DNA of 64,000 bases from an uncultured Chloroflexia bacterium (GCA_963793095.1 CAWBYY010000004.1:305107-369106), one strand, 5' to 3'; counted from the first letter of the stretch, positions 19,656 through 29,056 are shown. The notes: generated by a model not told the origin, from the sequence alone. Made by a program: numbers and translations.

Positions 19656-20675
19656 TTACCGACTGATAGTTCGGCCTACTGCCTGAGCGACCGCTTCGAC
19701 TTCTTTCATCATGTCTAGAAATCGCTCTGGCTTAAGGGACTGCCCGCCATCACTGAGAGCTTCACCGGGATTGGGGTGGACTTCCACCATGAGACCGTCC
19801 GCTCCTGCTGCGATCCCAGCCCTTGCGACTGCGTTTACATACTCCCAATGTCCTGTGCTGTGGCTTGGATCCAGGATTACCGGCAGGTGGGTCAGCGATT
19901 TCAAGACCGGAATGGCGTTGATATCGGTTGTATTCCGGGTAGAGGTCTCAAATGTACGAACCCCCCTCTCGCAGAGAATTACCCTTTTATTTCCATGAGA
20001 GAGAATGTATTCAGCAGCCATTAATAACTCTTCCACGGTTGCCATCATGCCTCGCTTTAATAACACCGGGTGTCCACTTTCCCCAACCTCATGGAGCAGG
20101 TTGAAATTCTGCATATTACGGGCTCCGATTTGAAGGACGTCCACATATGGCATCATTATTTGGATCTGAGATATGCTCATAACTTCAGTCACAATTGGCA
20201 GACCCGTCACTGCTTTTGCCTCTGCCAGCAGTTCCAGCCCTTCTTCCCTCAAGCCTTGAAACGAGTAAGGTGAGGTTCGCGGTTTATATACCCCTCCCCT
20301 GAGAGCATGCGCGCCGGCGTTTTTAACCGCTTTTGCGGCTTCTAATATTTGCGACCGGCTTTCTACCGAGCAGGGACCCGCAATAATCACCACACCCTTA
20401 TCGCCTATTTTCATGCCATCAAAATTGAAAATTGAATTCTGGGGTCTGAACTCCCGAGAGGCAAGTTTAAAAGGTCTTGATATCGGCAACACCCGGTCTA
20501 CGCCCGGCAAATGTAAAAATTGATCTTTAAAGACCGGACGGCTCTCACCCACCGCGCCGATAATAGTCCTCTCTTCCCCGGTTGAGATATGGGCAGTCAG
20601 ACCAAATGATTCAACCCGTTTAACGACAGTTGTTATTTGCGGTTCTGTCGCATCGGTTCGCATAATTATCATCAT
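19656..20675 (-). CDS. aroF: DAHP synthase, type I-beta with N-terminal regulatory domain
   Basis: IAGPCSVES, YKPRTSPYSFQG, QIGARNMQNF, LCERG, DPSH and IEVH-like MVEVHPNP. Confidence 0.96.
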   Translation of the reverse strand: MMIIMRTDATEPQITTVVKRVESFGLTAHISTGEERTIIGAVGESRPVFKDQFLHLPGVDRVLPISRPFKLASREFRPQNSIFNFDGMKIGDKGVVIIAGPCSVESRSQILEAAKAVKNAGAHALRGGVYKPRTSPYSFQGLREEGLELLAEAKAVTGLPIVTEVMSISQIQIMMPYVDVLQIGARNMQNFNLLHEVGESGHPVLLKRGMMATVEELLMAAEYILSHGNKRVILCERGVRTFETSTRNTTDINAIPVLKSLTHLPVILDPSHSTGHWEYVNAVARAGIAAGADGLMVEVHPNPGEALSDGGQSLKPERFLDMMKEVEAVAQAVGRTISR

Positions 20676-20705
20676 GTCGGTATCCTCCTAGACTATCTTT
20701 CATCC

Positions 20706-21080
20706 TTATGAAACATTATCAGATAAATCCGGCCGTAATATTTTCGCCTCTCTGAGATATACATGCCGGATTTCTTCCTGAGTCAATTCCGTGTTCCAGT
20801 GGATAAGTACCCGGATGCACTTTTCCAAACTATCTGGAGCAGTTATCTCCTGGGAACCAAATAATGGGACCATGCACCATCCAATTTGGCGGGCTGCTTT
20901 AGCAGGGAAAACAGCATCCAGGTCCTCCGTGACGCTGAAAAATACACTGGCGATTGAGTCTGGTTCCATCTCCGGATTTCTTTCTAGGATTGTCTCCAGC
21001 AATTCCCGTGTGGCATCCAGGATCTGCTCTTTGTTATTTTTTGTTACTGTTATCGCTCCGCGTACACCCCGGACTGGCAT
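20706..21080 (-). CDS. aroH: Chorismate mutase, AroH class
   Basis: MPVRGVRGAIT, FFSVTEDLDAVFPA, CIRVLIH and HVYLREAKILRPD; start placed at ATG 21080. Confidence 0.95.
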   Translation of the reverse strand: MPVRGVRGAITVTKNNKEQILDATRELLETILERNPEMEPDSIASVFFSVTEDLDAVFPAKAARQIGWCMVPLFGSQEITAPDSLEKCIRVLIHWNTELTQEEIRHVYLREAKILRPDLSDNVS

Positions 21081-21093
21081 AATCTTCTTCTCC

Positions 21094-21126
21094 AAATAAA
21101 AAATGCGAGACCGCTGGCCTCGCATT
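21094..21126 (-). terminator. Intrinsic terminator in the aro operon leader (attenuator terminator)
   Basis: Minus strand AATGCGAGGCC-AGC-GGTCTCGCATT-TTTTATTT: 11-bp stem with one G.U and a U-tract, ending about 14 nt before the aroH ATG. Confidence 0.85.
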
Positions 21127-21155
21127 CTGGATAATATTTATTCTATCTTTTCCGC

Positions 21156-21233
21156 TTACGCGTAACCAACGGCTGCATTATTTATGCTGCCATAATAATA
21201 GTAAGCAGAAAAGTATAACTTTATCTTAATCAA
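21156..21233 (-). CDS. Tyr-rich leader peptide (25 aa) MIKIKLYFSAYYYYGSINNAAVGYA
   Basis: TTG start, run TAC TAT TAT TAT, 6 Tyr and 1 Phe in 25 codons; lies between a promoter and a terminator ahead of the tyrosine pathway operon. SD is weak. Confidence 0.8.
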   Translation of the reverse strand: MIKIKLYFSAYYYYGSINNAAVGYA

Positions 21234-21255
21234 TGTTCTTTACCAGAATGCATAG

Positions 21256-21284
21256 AGTCTAAACCAGGCGATTAAATACGTCAA
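21256..21284 (-). promoter_or_regulatory. Sigma70-type promoter of the aro leader
   Basis: TTGACG (21284-21279), 17-nt spacer, TAGACT (21261-21256). Confidence 0.7.
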
Positions 21285-21327
21285 GGGATTTTAAGGGTTA
21301 TTTTGAGATATACTCAATCTAACATAA

Positions 21328-23847
21328 ATGACCTCCCTAAGTATAGCTGATATGCCAGAAAAGTCTCCAGGGAAGGCTGTATTGATCAGCTTATTCCTGT
21401 TATCAGGTGCACTGCTAGTATTCGAGATAACCCTGACGCGGTTGTTTTCTGTAACCCAGTTTTACCACTTCGCATTTATGGTAGTAAGCATTGCATTGCT
21501 TGGTTTCGGAGCAAGCGGTACAACCATAGCTATTTTCCCTTCATTTGTAAAAAATGATCAATATCTCACCACTTCTGCGTTGGCTCTGGCAGCTGCAATT
21601 TCAATCATTGCTTCTTACTTAATATCGAACTGGTTGCCTTTTGATTCATTCAGCATTGCCTGGGACAGGTCGCAGGTTTTAATCCTGATCATCCATTACA
21701 TCTCACTTGCCAGCCCTTTCTACTTCGGCGGTATGCTGGTTGGCTTTCTCCTGTCCAAATATCCAGATTCAGCAAACCGGACTTATGCATATAATCTCAC
21801 TGGCTCCGCAGTGGGATGCCTTTTTGCGGTAATTCTGCCTAATCTGGTCAATGGGGTCGGCACAGTTGTTGCAGGTTTTACCCTGGGGGTTTCTGCCGCC
21901 CTTATCCCATCAGTATCATTATTGATAAAACAAAGAAAAACTGTTCATCCCAAGCGGTTATCCATGATATTCATCACAGCGGGAGTTCTACTTTTTATAT
22001 CAATGATCGACCTCAGTTTTCGGTATCTTGACAGGACACCGTACACATGGCTGGAATTAAAAATATCCCCATATAAAAGCCTTTCATATACCCTTCAGTA
22101 CCCTGGTGCCCATATTGTGTCAAGCCAATGGAATTCCTACTCAAGAATTGATCTGGTCAGGAGTGAAAGCATCCGTTCGCTTCCCGGTTTGAGCTATCGA
22201 TATCCAGGCACCATCCCAGAACAGGATGGATTGTTAAAAGATGGGGATGACCTTAATCCCGTTATAAAAAAGCTTGCAGAAAATGAGATTTATACATACC
22301 TGCCAACCTCTGTAGTTTACAATCTCAGACCATCTGGAGATGTTCTGGTTCTGGAACCAGGTGGTGGGCTGGAAATTCTTACAGCTCTCCACCATGATCC
22401 AAAAAGGCTTACTGTTGTTGAAGAAAACCCTCTGATTGTCCAGGCTGCTTCCCAAATTTACTCAAGCAGTTCTCTCAATTATGAACCTGGTATGGCAAGA
22501 AATTACCTCAAGAGTTCAAAGGATCATCACGATATTATTGTTTTATCACTGATCTCTAATTATCATCCGGTCCGTTCCGGTGCTTACAGCCTTGCTGAAG
22601 ATTACCGCTATACGGTCGAGTCAATTCAGGACGCGGTAAACAGGTTGAAACCAGACGGTATTCTGGTATTTACCAGGTGGCTCCAAAATCCTCCCAGCGA
22701 ATTCCTGCGGGCTTTTGCCATCAGTTTGCATGCACTTGAAGGTCTGGGAATCAACCCCCGGGATACTATCATTGCATTCAGGGGCTTCAATACAGGAACT
22801 TTGCTGGTTAAAAAGACTGGTTTTTCAGCAGACGAGCAGTCCGAGATAGAGCGGTTCCTTGAAGAAAGGAGTTTTGATCTGGTCTACGCGCCCGATATCA
22901 ATCCTTCTTTGGTCAATAAATACAGCGTACTACCGGAACCGCTGTATTATTTGGCTTTTCAGGATATTGTTAATTCAAAAAACAGGTCCGAATTTTACCG
23001 TAAGTATAGTTACGACGTATCCCCTCCAACAGACAATAGACCGTTTTTCGGACAGTATTTTAAGTGGAGCCAGACCTCTCAAATTCTTGCAGAATACGGA
23101 AAAACATGGCAGCCTTTTGGGGGCGCAGGTTTTTTTGTAGTATTTGTGTTACTGTTTTTGACAGGTTTTATCGCTGTCCTCCTGATCATAGTCCCGGTTG
23201 TGATTGCACAGATCAGAATATCAAATCTTCCCCATTCTACAGAAGTTAATAACAGACCTGACGCGGACCTTAAGAGACGCTTCTTTCCTTATTTGTTATA
23301 TTTTGGTTTCCTTGGATTTGCCTTTTTGATGGTAGAGATTCCCTTAATACAAAAATTTATCCTGGTGCTGGGTCATCCTGCCACATCTCTAACCACGATA
23401 CTATTCACAATATTATTTTTTTCAGGTTTAGGTAGCATGATGAGTCCAAAACTTAATTTAAACCTTGTATTTATATTTTTATTGATCATACTTTTGTTGA
23501 TGTCGCTGTTTCTTGCTGTTATCTCCAATCAATTATTAGGTCTCCCACAAATAGTTCGGATCGCTCTGACGATAGGAGTAATCGCTCCGGTTGGCTTTTT
23601 AATGGGCATTCCATTCCCAAAAGGGATCGGGTTGACAACCTCCAGCGAATCTAATCCAATCTTGATCCCCTGGGTCTGGGCGGTAAATGGCTCCACATCG
23701 GTAATCTCTTCGATACTGGCAGCTCTGATTGCATTATCCCTTGGTTTTAACTGGGTTTTTATAATTGGCGGTCTCTTTTACCTTGGATCGTACCTGGTCG
23801 CGCTGAGAATATTCAATCTCCGCCCTTTTCAATACCTTTCCCGGTAA
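21328..23847 (+). CDS. Polytopic membrane protein with central spermidine-synthase-like SAM-binding domain
   Basis: About 7 N-terminal TMs (FEITLTRLFS, YAYNLTGS), then WNSYSRID, VLVLEPGGGLEI, DIIVLSL and PPTDNRPFF, then about 7 C-terminal TMs (VEIPLIQK, WAVNGSTSV). Confidence 0.8.
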   Translation: MTSLSIADMPEKSPGKAVLISLFLLSGALLVFEITLTRLFSVTQFYHFAFMVVSIALLGFGASGTTIAIFPSFVKNDQYLTTSALALAAAISIIASYLISNWLPFDSFSIAWDRSQVLILIIHYISLASPFYFGGMLVGFLLSKYPDSANRTYAYNLTGSAVGCLFAVILPNLVNGVGTVVAGFTLGVSAALIPSVSLLIKQRKTVHPKRLSMIFITAGVLLFISMIDLSFRYLDRTPYTWLELKISPYKSLSYTLQYPGAHIVSSQWNSYSRIDLVRSESIRSLPGLSYRYPGTIPEQDGLLKDGDDLNPVIKKLAENEIYTYLPTSVVYNLRPSGDVLVLEPGGGLEILTALHHDPKRLTVVEENPLIVQAASQIYSSSSLNYEPGMARNYLKSSKDHHDIIVLSLISNYHPVRSGAYSLAEDYRYTVESIQDAVNRLKPDGILVFTRWLQNPPSEFLRAFAISLHALEGLGINPRDTIIAFRGFNTGTLLVKKTGFSADEQSEIERFLEERSFDLVYAPDINPSLVNKYSVLPEPLYYLAFQDIVNSKNRSEFYRKYSYDVSPPTDNRPFFGQYFKWSQTSQILAEYGKTWQPFGGAGFFVVFVLLFLTGFIAVLLIIVPVVIAQIRISNLPHSTEVNNRPDADLKRRFFPYLLYFGFLGFAFLMVEIPLIQKFILVLGHPATSLTTILFTILFFSGLGSMMSPKLNLNLVFIFLLIILLLMSLFLAVISNQLLGLPQIVRIALTIGVIAPVGFLMGIPFPKGIGLTTSSESNPILIPWVWAVNGSTSVISSILAALIALSLGFNWVFIIGGLFYLGSYLVALRIFNLRPFQYLSR

Positions 23848-24664
23848 AAGGCACAAACGAAACCCCACCCAGATTATATGCCCTCATTTCCCCCTCCTCT
23901 TTTACAAACTTCCAGAGTGTTTGATATCCACCTGGTGGACCAATCGGAATAACCAATCTGCCCCCCTCCTTTAATTGCTGCGCAAGTGGGATAGGGAGAT
24001 GGTCTGGCGCTGCGGTCACAATAATGGCATCAAATGGACCTTGATCAGGCCAACCGTAATATCCGTCATCTTGTTTTACATTTACATCATTGAAACCTAG
24101 ATCTATTAGCCTTTCGGCTGCGCTTTCGGCCAATTCAGGCACAATTTCAATGCTGTAAACATCAACAAAACCTAATTCCGACAGCACCGCAGCCTGGTAA
24201 CCAGAACCGGTTCCAATCTCAAGCACAATTTCGCCTTGCTTCAAGTCAAGCAGCTCCGTCATCAAGGCAACGATATAAGGCTGGGAAATAGTTTGACCAT
24301 ATCCAATCGGCAGGGGGTGGTCATCATAAGCCTGAGATAAAAATTTTTCAGGGACAAATTTATGCCTGGGCACAGTTCTCATTGCACGGAGCACATCGGG
24401 ATTTTTTATCCCCCTTGTTTCAATGGTTCGTTCCACCATTGAATTCCTGGTGACCTGGTAGTCATCTATCTCCCCGATATTTTCAGAGTCCACCAGGTTG
24501 AATTCGACTGTTTCTGTTTCAGGTGTGATTTCATCCGGTACTTCGCCGTTAGAATTTAATCCAGGTGATTCCACCGGAATCCCACAGCCAGACAATAGCA
24601 CTATGCCTATTAAATGGATGAATATTACTCTTGCAAGCCCAGTTCTGATCAGATTAATGCTCAC
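23813..24664 (-). CDS. pcm: Protein-L-isoaspartate O-methyltransferase with N-terminal lipoprotein signal
   Basis: VPRHKFVP, AYDDHPLPIGYGQTISQPYIVA, LEIGTGSGYQAA, PFDAIIVTAA and GGVSFVPF; N-terminus ends in the lipobox LLSG-C. Confidence 0.93.
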   Translation of the reverse strand: MSINLIRTGLARVIFIHLIGIVLLSGCGIPVESPGLNSNGEVPDEITPETETVEFNLVDSENIGEIDDYQVTRNSMVERTIETRGIKNPDVLRAMRTVPRHKFVPEKFLSQAYDDHPLPIGYGQTISQPYIVALMTELLDLKQGEIVLEIGTGSGYQAAVLSELGFVDVYSIEIVPELAESAAERLIDLGFNDVNVKQDDGYYGWPDQGPFDAIIVTAAPDHLPIPLAQQLKEGGRLVIPIGPPGGYQTLWKFVKEEGEMRAYNLGGVSFVPFTGKGIEKGGD

Positions 24665-24673
24665 TGCTCTATG

Positions 24674-25189
24674 CTAAATAAATTCTGCGAAATCATTTAC
24701 AGACCTTCGATCCCGTATAACCGGTTTTTCATCCCCATAACCAATTGGGAGCAACGCGATAGGCTTGAGTTCGGATTCCAGATTTAAAATATTTCTAACT
24801 TCTTCCTCTCTGAAAGCACCCACCCACACGCTTGCCAGCCCAATTGCTGTTGCGGAAAGTGTCGCATAAGTACAGGCAATTGTCGCATCCTGCACTGAAT
24901 AAAGGTCTCTTCCGCGTGTTTTATATTTCCATTCATTCCGGGTTGAATTGGTGCAGAAAACAAGCACAACCGGAGCCTGGTAAACAAAATCCTGATTTAA
25001 GGCTGCACTCGATAACTTGCGGCGGGTTTGTTCATCCTTCACAACATATATTTCATATGCCTGTAAATTGCCCGCTGATGGAGCCAATCTGATTGATTCT
25101 AAAATTTCTAAAATTAATTTATCCGAAATTGATTCTGTTTTAAATTTCCGTATTGAATTACGCTTTCTGACAACTTCAAAAAATTCCAT
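24674..25189 (-). CDS. Nitroreductase family flavoprotein
   Basis: KRNSIRKF, LAPSAGNLQ, QDATIA and GLASVWVGAF. Confidence 0.92.
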   Translation of the reverse strand: MEFFEVVRKRNSIRKFKTESISDKLILEILESIRLAPSAGNLQAYEIYVVKDEQTRRKLSSAALNQDFVYQAPVVLVFCTNSTRNEWKYKTRGRDLYSVQDATIACTYATLSATAIGLASVWVGAFREEEVRNILNLESELKPIALLPIGYGDEKPVIRDRRSVNDFAEFI

Positions 25190-25322
25190 TCTACTCCCCG
25201 GTGACAATCAATTATTTGGATGGCTTATTCCCAGAACGGCTTTTAGCCTTCTTATGAGCAAAGGATCTGAATCCCGTTTCATTACAAATTATAAATAATT
25301 TTATAAGAAATTCAAAATACTT

Positions 25323-26639
25323 CTATGAATTTAAAAATTGGGGAATGGTCGAATTGGACATGACAGCACCAAGGTCATCTCCATAAGATATAACCCGGAT
25401 GGGCACTCCGAGCGCCTGCAGTGTTTGGCCAAGTTCAACCGAACTGAAACCCCCACCAAAAGAAGCGGCGTTGATCAATATCGCAATTGGCTTCAATCCC
25501 CTGCGGATCATTAAATCGGCAGTCTGAAAGATTTTTTCCGATGGATTTGATGTTACTAGAATTGCAGTGCTGCCGCGTGGTAAATGTCGGGCCTGCAGTT
25601 CAACCAGCGATACGAGCGGCATACTTCCAGTTGGGTTAGCAAGAGCCAGTGATTCGAGGATTTTTCCCAGTTGACGCCCGCCGCGATCAGCTGGAAGAAT
25701 TCGTAGATGCGGGCTCGCAGAAACCAATCCCACAGCGCGTCTTTTTTCAAGATAATACCTGGCCAGTGAAGCGCAGATCGTGACCGCATATTCTATTGTA
25801 GAGAGTGGTAATTGGAATACAAATCTCTTTTGCCAGAATTCCTGGGGCTCAATAACCTGCTCAGGCAGCTCTTGTTCCACATTGACGGATTGATCTGCAT
25901 CCAGGAATATCCAAACATCAGCCAGAGGATCAAGTTCAAACTCCTTCACTATCAGTTGATTTCGTCGTGCAGTGCTCAACCAGTGAATCCGGTTTAAAGG
26001 ATCACCCTCTTCATATTCACGAACCCCAGCTGCATTTGATGTAACTGTGTGGGTCATTCTGCGCAAAGCCTCACCGCCTGGCAGCAATCCGGCAGGGTTG
26101 GGAAAGCTCTGTATGCCAACCATAGGGGGATAAACAAGCAGTTTGTTTTCAGTGGTTATACTTCTCTCATTTGGAAACATACCGAATAAATCGCCCGAAA
26201 CCATTACAGTCGGACCTAAGGTAAAAACTCCCCTTTTTGTGAGGCGCGTACGGGATAAATATGAATGTCCTTCCTGCCCCCGAATCATTGTCACAACATG
26301 CGAACCATGCGAACCCGGCAGACTTGAACCATCACGGATTTCAATCCAGAGACGTAGGAATTTTCCGGTGTTGAATACCTCGAACCTTTCTTCAAATATC
26401 TGGCCGACCTGCGACCGGTATGTGCGTGATTTTCGGATCACTCTTATGCCGCGCAAAGTATAAAATGACATAAACCAACTTGTCAGTATCAGCAGTACCC
26501 AAAGATAACCCAATCGATAATAGAATGAATTACCAGTTATCGCGCCAGCGAGTAAACTCAACGCCAAGAAAAATAATACAATCCGCAGCGGTGAGCTTAT
26601 TGATTGAATTTTTTTATTCGATAATTTCTTCAGTTTCAA
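25323..26639 (-). CDS. DUF58 domain protein with N-terminal TM pair (MoxR partner); start approximate
   Basis: [41 protein letters not shown] and VKEFE. Confidence 0.88.
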   Translation of the reverse strand: MKLKKLSNKKIQSISSPLRIVLFFLALSLLAGAITGNSFYYRLGYLWVLLILTSWFMSFYTLRGIRVIRKSRTYRSQVGQIFEERFEVFNTGKFLRLWIEIRDGSSLPGSHGSHVVTMIRGQEGHSYLSRTRLTKRGVFTLGPTVMVSGDLFGMFPNERSITTENKLLVYPPMVGIQSFPNPAGLLPGGEALRRMTHTVTSNAAGVREYEEGDPLNRIHWLSTARRNQLIVKEFELDPLADVWIFLDADQSVNVEQELPEQVIEPQEFWQKRFVFQLPLSTIEYAVTICASLARYYLEKRRAVGLVSASPHLRILPADRGGRQLGKILESLALANPTGSMPLVSLVELQARHLPRGSTAILVTSNPSEKIFQTADLMIRRGLKPIAILINAASFGGGFSSVELGQTLQALGVPIRVISYGDDLGAVMSNSTIPQFLNS

Positions 26640-27600
26640 GATTCGCTTCAATTCGGGTTGGGTCACCACCCGGAACAGGGACAATGCTTATCACGTCTTC
26701 GACTATCTGGTTGGCACTTAAATCCCGCAAACGTGCCCCGGGACCAATGATTAATCTATGTGCTAAAGTGGGTACCGCCAGCATTTGGATGTCATCCGGT
26801 AATATATAATCGCGCCCCTTGATGGCCGCCAATGCCTGAGAAGTACGGTACAACGCCAGGCTGCCTCTGGGGCTGGCGCCCAGGTAAACCTCCGGATGCT
26901 TTCTGGTCTGGTGCATAAGATTCACAATATACTGTTTGAGTGAAGGCGAAATATAAACTTTCTTTATCGCCTCTTGCATAGCTTTTAATTCCTCTACAGC
27001 TACTTCTTGGCCCAATTCCTCAAAAGGATGGACGTACTGCTGGCGGTCCAGTATTAGTATCTCATCTTCAGAAGCCGGATACCCCAACTCCACTCGCAGA
27101 AGAAACCGGTCTACCTGGGCTTCAGGGAGCGGAAAAGTGCCTTCATATTCGATCGGGTTTTGGGTAGCCAGCACCATAAAAGGCCTGGGTAGGGTATGGG
27201 TAATGCCATCAACAGTTATTTGCCTTTCTTCCATCGCCTCCAGCAGAGCCGCCTGGGTTTTTGGCGTCGCCCGGTTTATCTCATCTGCCAGTACAATCTG
27301 CGCCATAATTGGCCCGGGACGAAATTCAAATTCCCGGCTAACCTGATTAAAAATTGATACACCTGTTACATCACTTGGAAGCATATCTGGTGTAAATTGA
27401 ATCCGCTTGAAGGAACAACCTAATGATTTCGCGATGCTTCTCGCCAGCATCGTCTTGCCGACACCAGGTACGTCTTCAATCAAAATATGACCCTGGCATA
27501 ACAATCCAATCACCGATAATTCAACCGAGGATTTTTTTCCGATGATTACTTTTTCAATATTCGAAATTAATCTTTCCGCAAACAATTGGACTTTTTCCAT
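26614..27600 (-). CDS. moxR: MoxR family AAA+ ATPase
   Basis: [64 protein letters not shown] and GASPR. Confidence 0.96.
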   Translation of the reverse strand: MEKVQLFAERLISNIEKVIIGKKSSVELSVIGLLCQGHILIEDVPGVGKTMLARSIAKSLGCSFKRIQFTPDMLPSDVTGVSIFNQVSREFEFRPGPIMAQIVLADEINRATPKTQAALLEAMEERQITVDGITHTLPRPFMVLATQNPIEYEGTFPLPEAQVDRFLLRVELGYPASEDEILILDRQQYVHPFEELGQEVAVEELKAMQEAIKKVYISPSLKQYIVNLMHQTRKHPEVYLGASPRGSLALYRTSQALAAIKGRDYILPDDIQMLAVPTLAHRLIIGPGARLRDLSANQIVEDVISIVPVPGGDPTRIEANLETEEIIE

Positions 27601-27821
27601 TTATCTCTCCAGATCAAAATTATCCATACCATTCAATTATATCCCTGCCTCGGAACACATTAAGTACAATCATCAAGCAATCTGAGTTCAAAAAATATTG
27701 AATATATAACCACAACTACGAGATACCTTCATCTTTCTAATATGGAAAATGTTATCCGGTTGTTCATCAATCTGAAAGAATATCCTGCGGAATAGTAAAT
27801 TGTGTGGATGTGAATCCATTT

Positions 27822-27838
27822 TTTTCCATAATGGAAAA
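27822..27838. promoter_or_regulatory. Perfect palindrome in a divergent intergenic region, candidate operator
   Basis: TTTTCCAT-A-ATGGAAAA; a related half-site (AATATGGAAAA) occurs near 27740. Confidence 0.4.
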
Positions 27839-27861
27839 CCTGGTTTTATTCGTTATGCCCC

Positions 27862-27890
27862 TTGCAATTACGATAATCAAACCCTATAAT
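27862..27890 (+). promoter_or_regulatory. Sigma70-type promoter
   Basis: TTGCAA, 17-nt spacer, TATAAT; AGGAGG SD lies before ATG 27957. Confidence 0.65.
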
Positions 27891-27956
27891 TCTCTTTCGG
27901 GTGAATGAAGGGAACGACTTTAATAAATATATCCTTTTTCAGGAGGCTCAATAAAG

Positions 27957-28658
27957 ATGAGCCAGCCGTTTAAATTATTCAGGCTGCAGCAAAAAGACAG
28001 TCAAATAGATCAATTACATGTTCGGTTAAGACAGATTGAAACTGAAATCAAGGATGATATTTCTTTGAGGAATGCGGAAAAAGAGGCGGAAAGGACCGAG
28101 AAAGAATTCCATGAAGGTAGAAATTTGTTAAAGAAAGCTGATGACAACCTCCAGAATCAAAAATTGAAAATTGAAACTGCAGAATCTAATCTATACAGCG
28201 GAAAAGTAAAAAATCCCAAGGAATTACAAGATTTAGAAAGTGAAGCCGCTTCCTTAAGACGTTACTTTTCGGTCCTGGAGGACCGTTATCTTGAAGCCTT
28301 GCTTATTGAAGAACAACTGGAAGAAGAATACAAAATTGCACAGAATGAATTTGTTTCTGAAAATGAAAAATATTCCAGGAAGTTGAGTATGCTTGAAGGG
28401 GAAAAGAAAAAACTGGAATCTGATCTCAACCGCCTTTCCCAGGAAAGAGCAGCTATTGCAAATTCGATTGATACAGATGATCTGAGACTTTATGAAAAAC
28501 TGCGAGAAATTCGTAGTGGGGTTGCTGTAGCCAGAGTAACTGATAAAGCCTGCTCTGCCTGTGGCACTACTCTCAGCGCAACGTTACTGCATGCGGCCCG
28601 CAATCCAAATCAAATTTCACGCTGCGACACTTGCAGCCGAATATTATATCTGGGATGA
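27957..28658 (+). CDS. Coiled-coil protein with C4 zinc ribbon (DUF164/CT398-like)
   Basis: Long heptad region with VKNPKEL; C-terminal ACSAC...CDTCSRILY. Confidence 0.9.
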   Translation: MSQPFKLFRLQQKDSQIDQLHVRLRQIETEIKDDISLRNAEKEAERTEKEFHEGRNLLKKADDNLQNQKLKIETAESNLYSGKVKNPKELQDLESEAASLRRYFSVLEDRYLEALLIEEQLEEEYKIAQNEFVSENEKYSRKLSMLEGEKKKLESDLNRLSQERAAIANSIDTDDLRLYEKLREIRSGVAVARVTDKACSACGTTLSATLLHAARNPNQISRCDTCSRILYLG

Positions 28659-28750
28659 ATTAAACGGAAACCGGTTATCTCCCGATATAAAATTATTTAT
28701 TCCGATAGGCGACAGGAAAGGATCAGCTGGAGAAGTCGCATTTCAAATTT

Positions 28751-29056
28751 TCAACCATTCCCCATTTTTGATACTGCGCTTATATTCATGGCATCGGAAA
28801 GAAGGATATCAATATGTTCTTTTTCGATATCCTTGATTGAAATTAATTTTTGCCTGGCCGTATCGCCGGAGATTATCCTGACACTGGAACGGGGAATTTT
28901 CAGAATTGTTGACAGATATTTAATCAGGGCTTTATTCGCTTGTCCTTTTTCAGGCTTCTCTTTTATCCGGATTTTATAAGTACCATCCGAAAGAATATCA
29001 TAAATCTCAGTTCTTTGTGCCTTGGGAATTACCCGGACTTTGATGCAGGATTCCAT
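28751..29056 (-). CDS. yggU: DUF167 (YggU) protein
   Basis: IKVRVIPKA, KPEKGQANKALI and SGDTARQK. Confidence 0.88.
   Translation of the reverse strand: MESCIKVRVIPKAQRTEIYDILSDGTYKIRIKEKPEKGQANKALIKYLSTILKIPRSSVRIISGDTARQKLISIKDIEKEHIDILLSDAMNISAVSKMGNG

Noticed and set aside
21158-21173. T-box riboswitch reading of the aro leader (TGGTTACGCG resembles TGGNACCGCG)
   Set aside because: The bulge lacks the conserved ACC and I see no Stem I, specifier loop or AGUA/GA motifs; the poly-Tyr uORF explains the leader better. An Rfam RF00230 search would settle it.
21230-21253. 7-codon uORF MHSGKEH overlapping the leader TTG (TTGA)
   Set aside because: Its ATG is only 2 nt after the -10 hexamer, so it is probably not transcribed.
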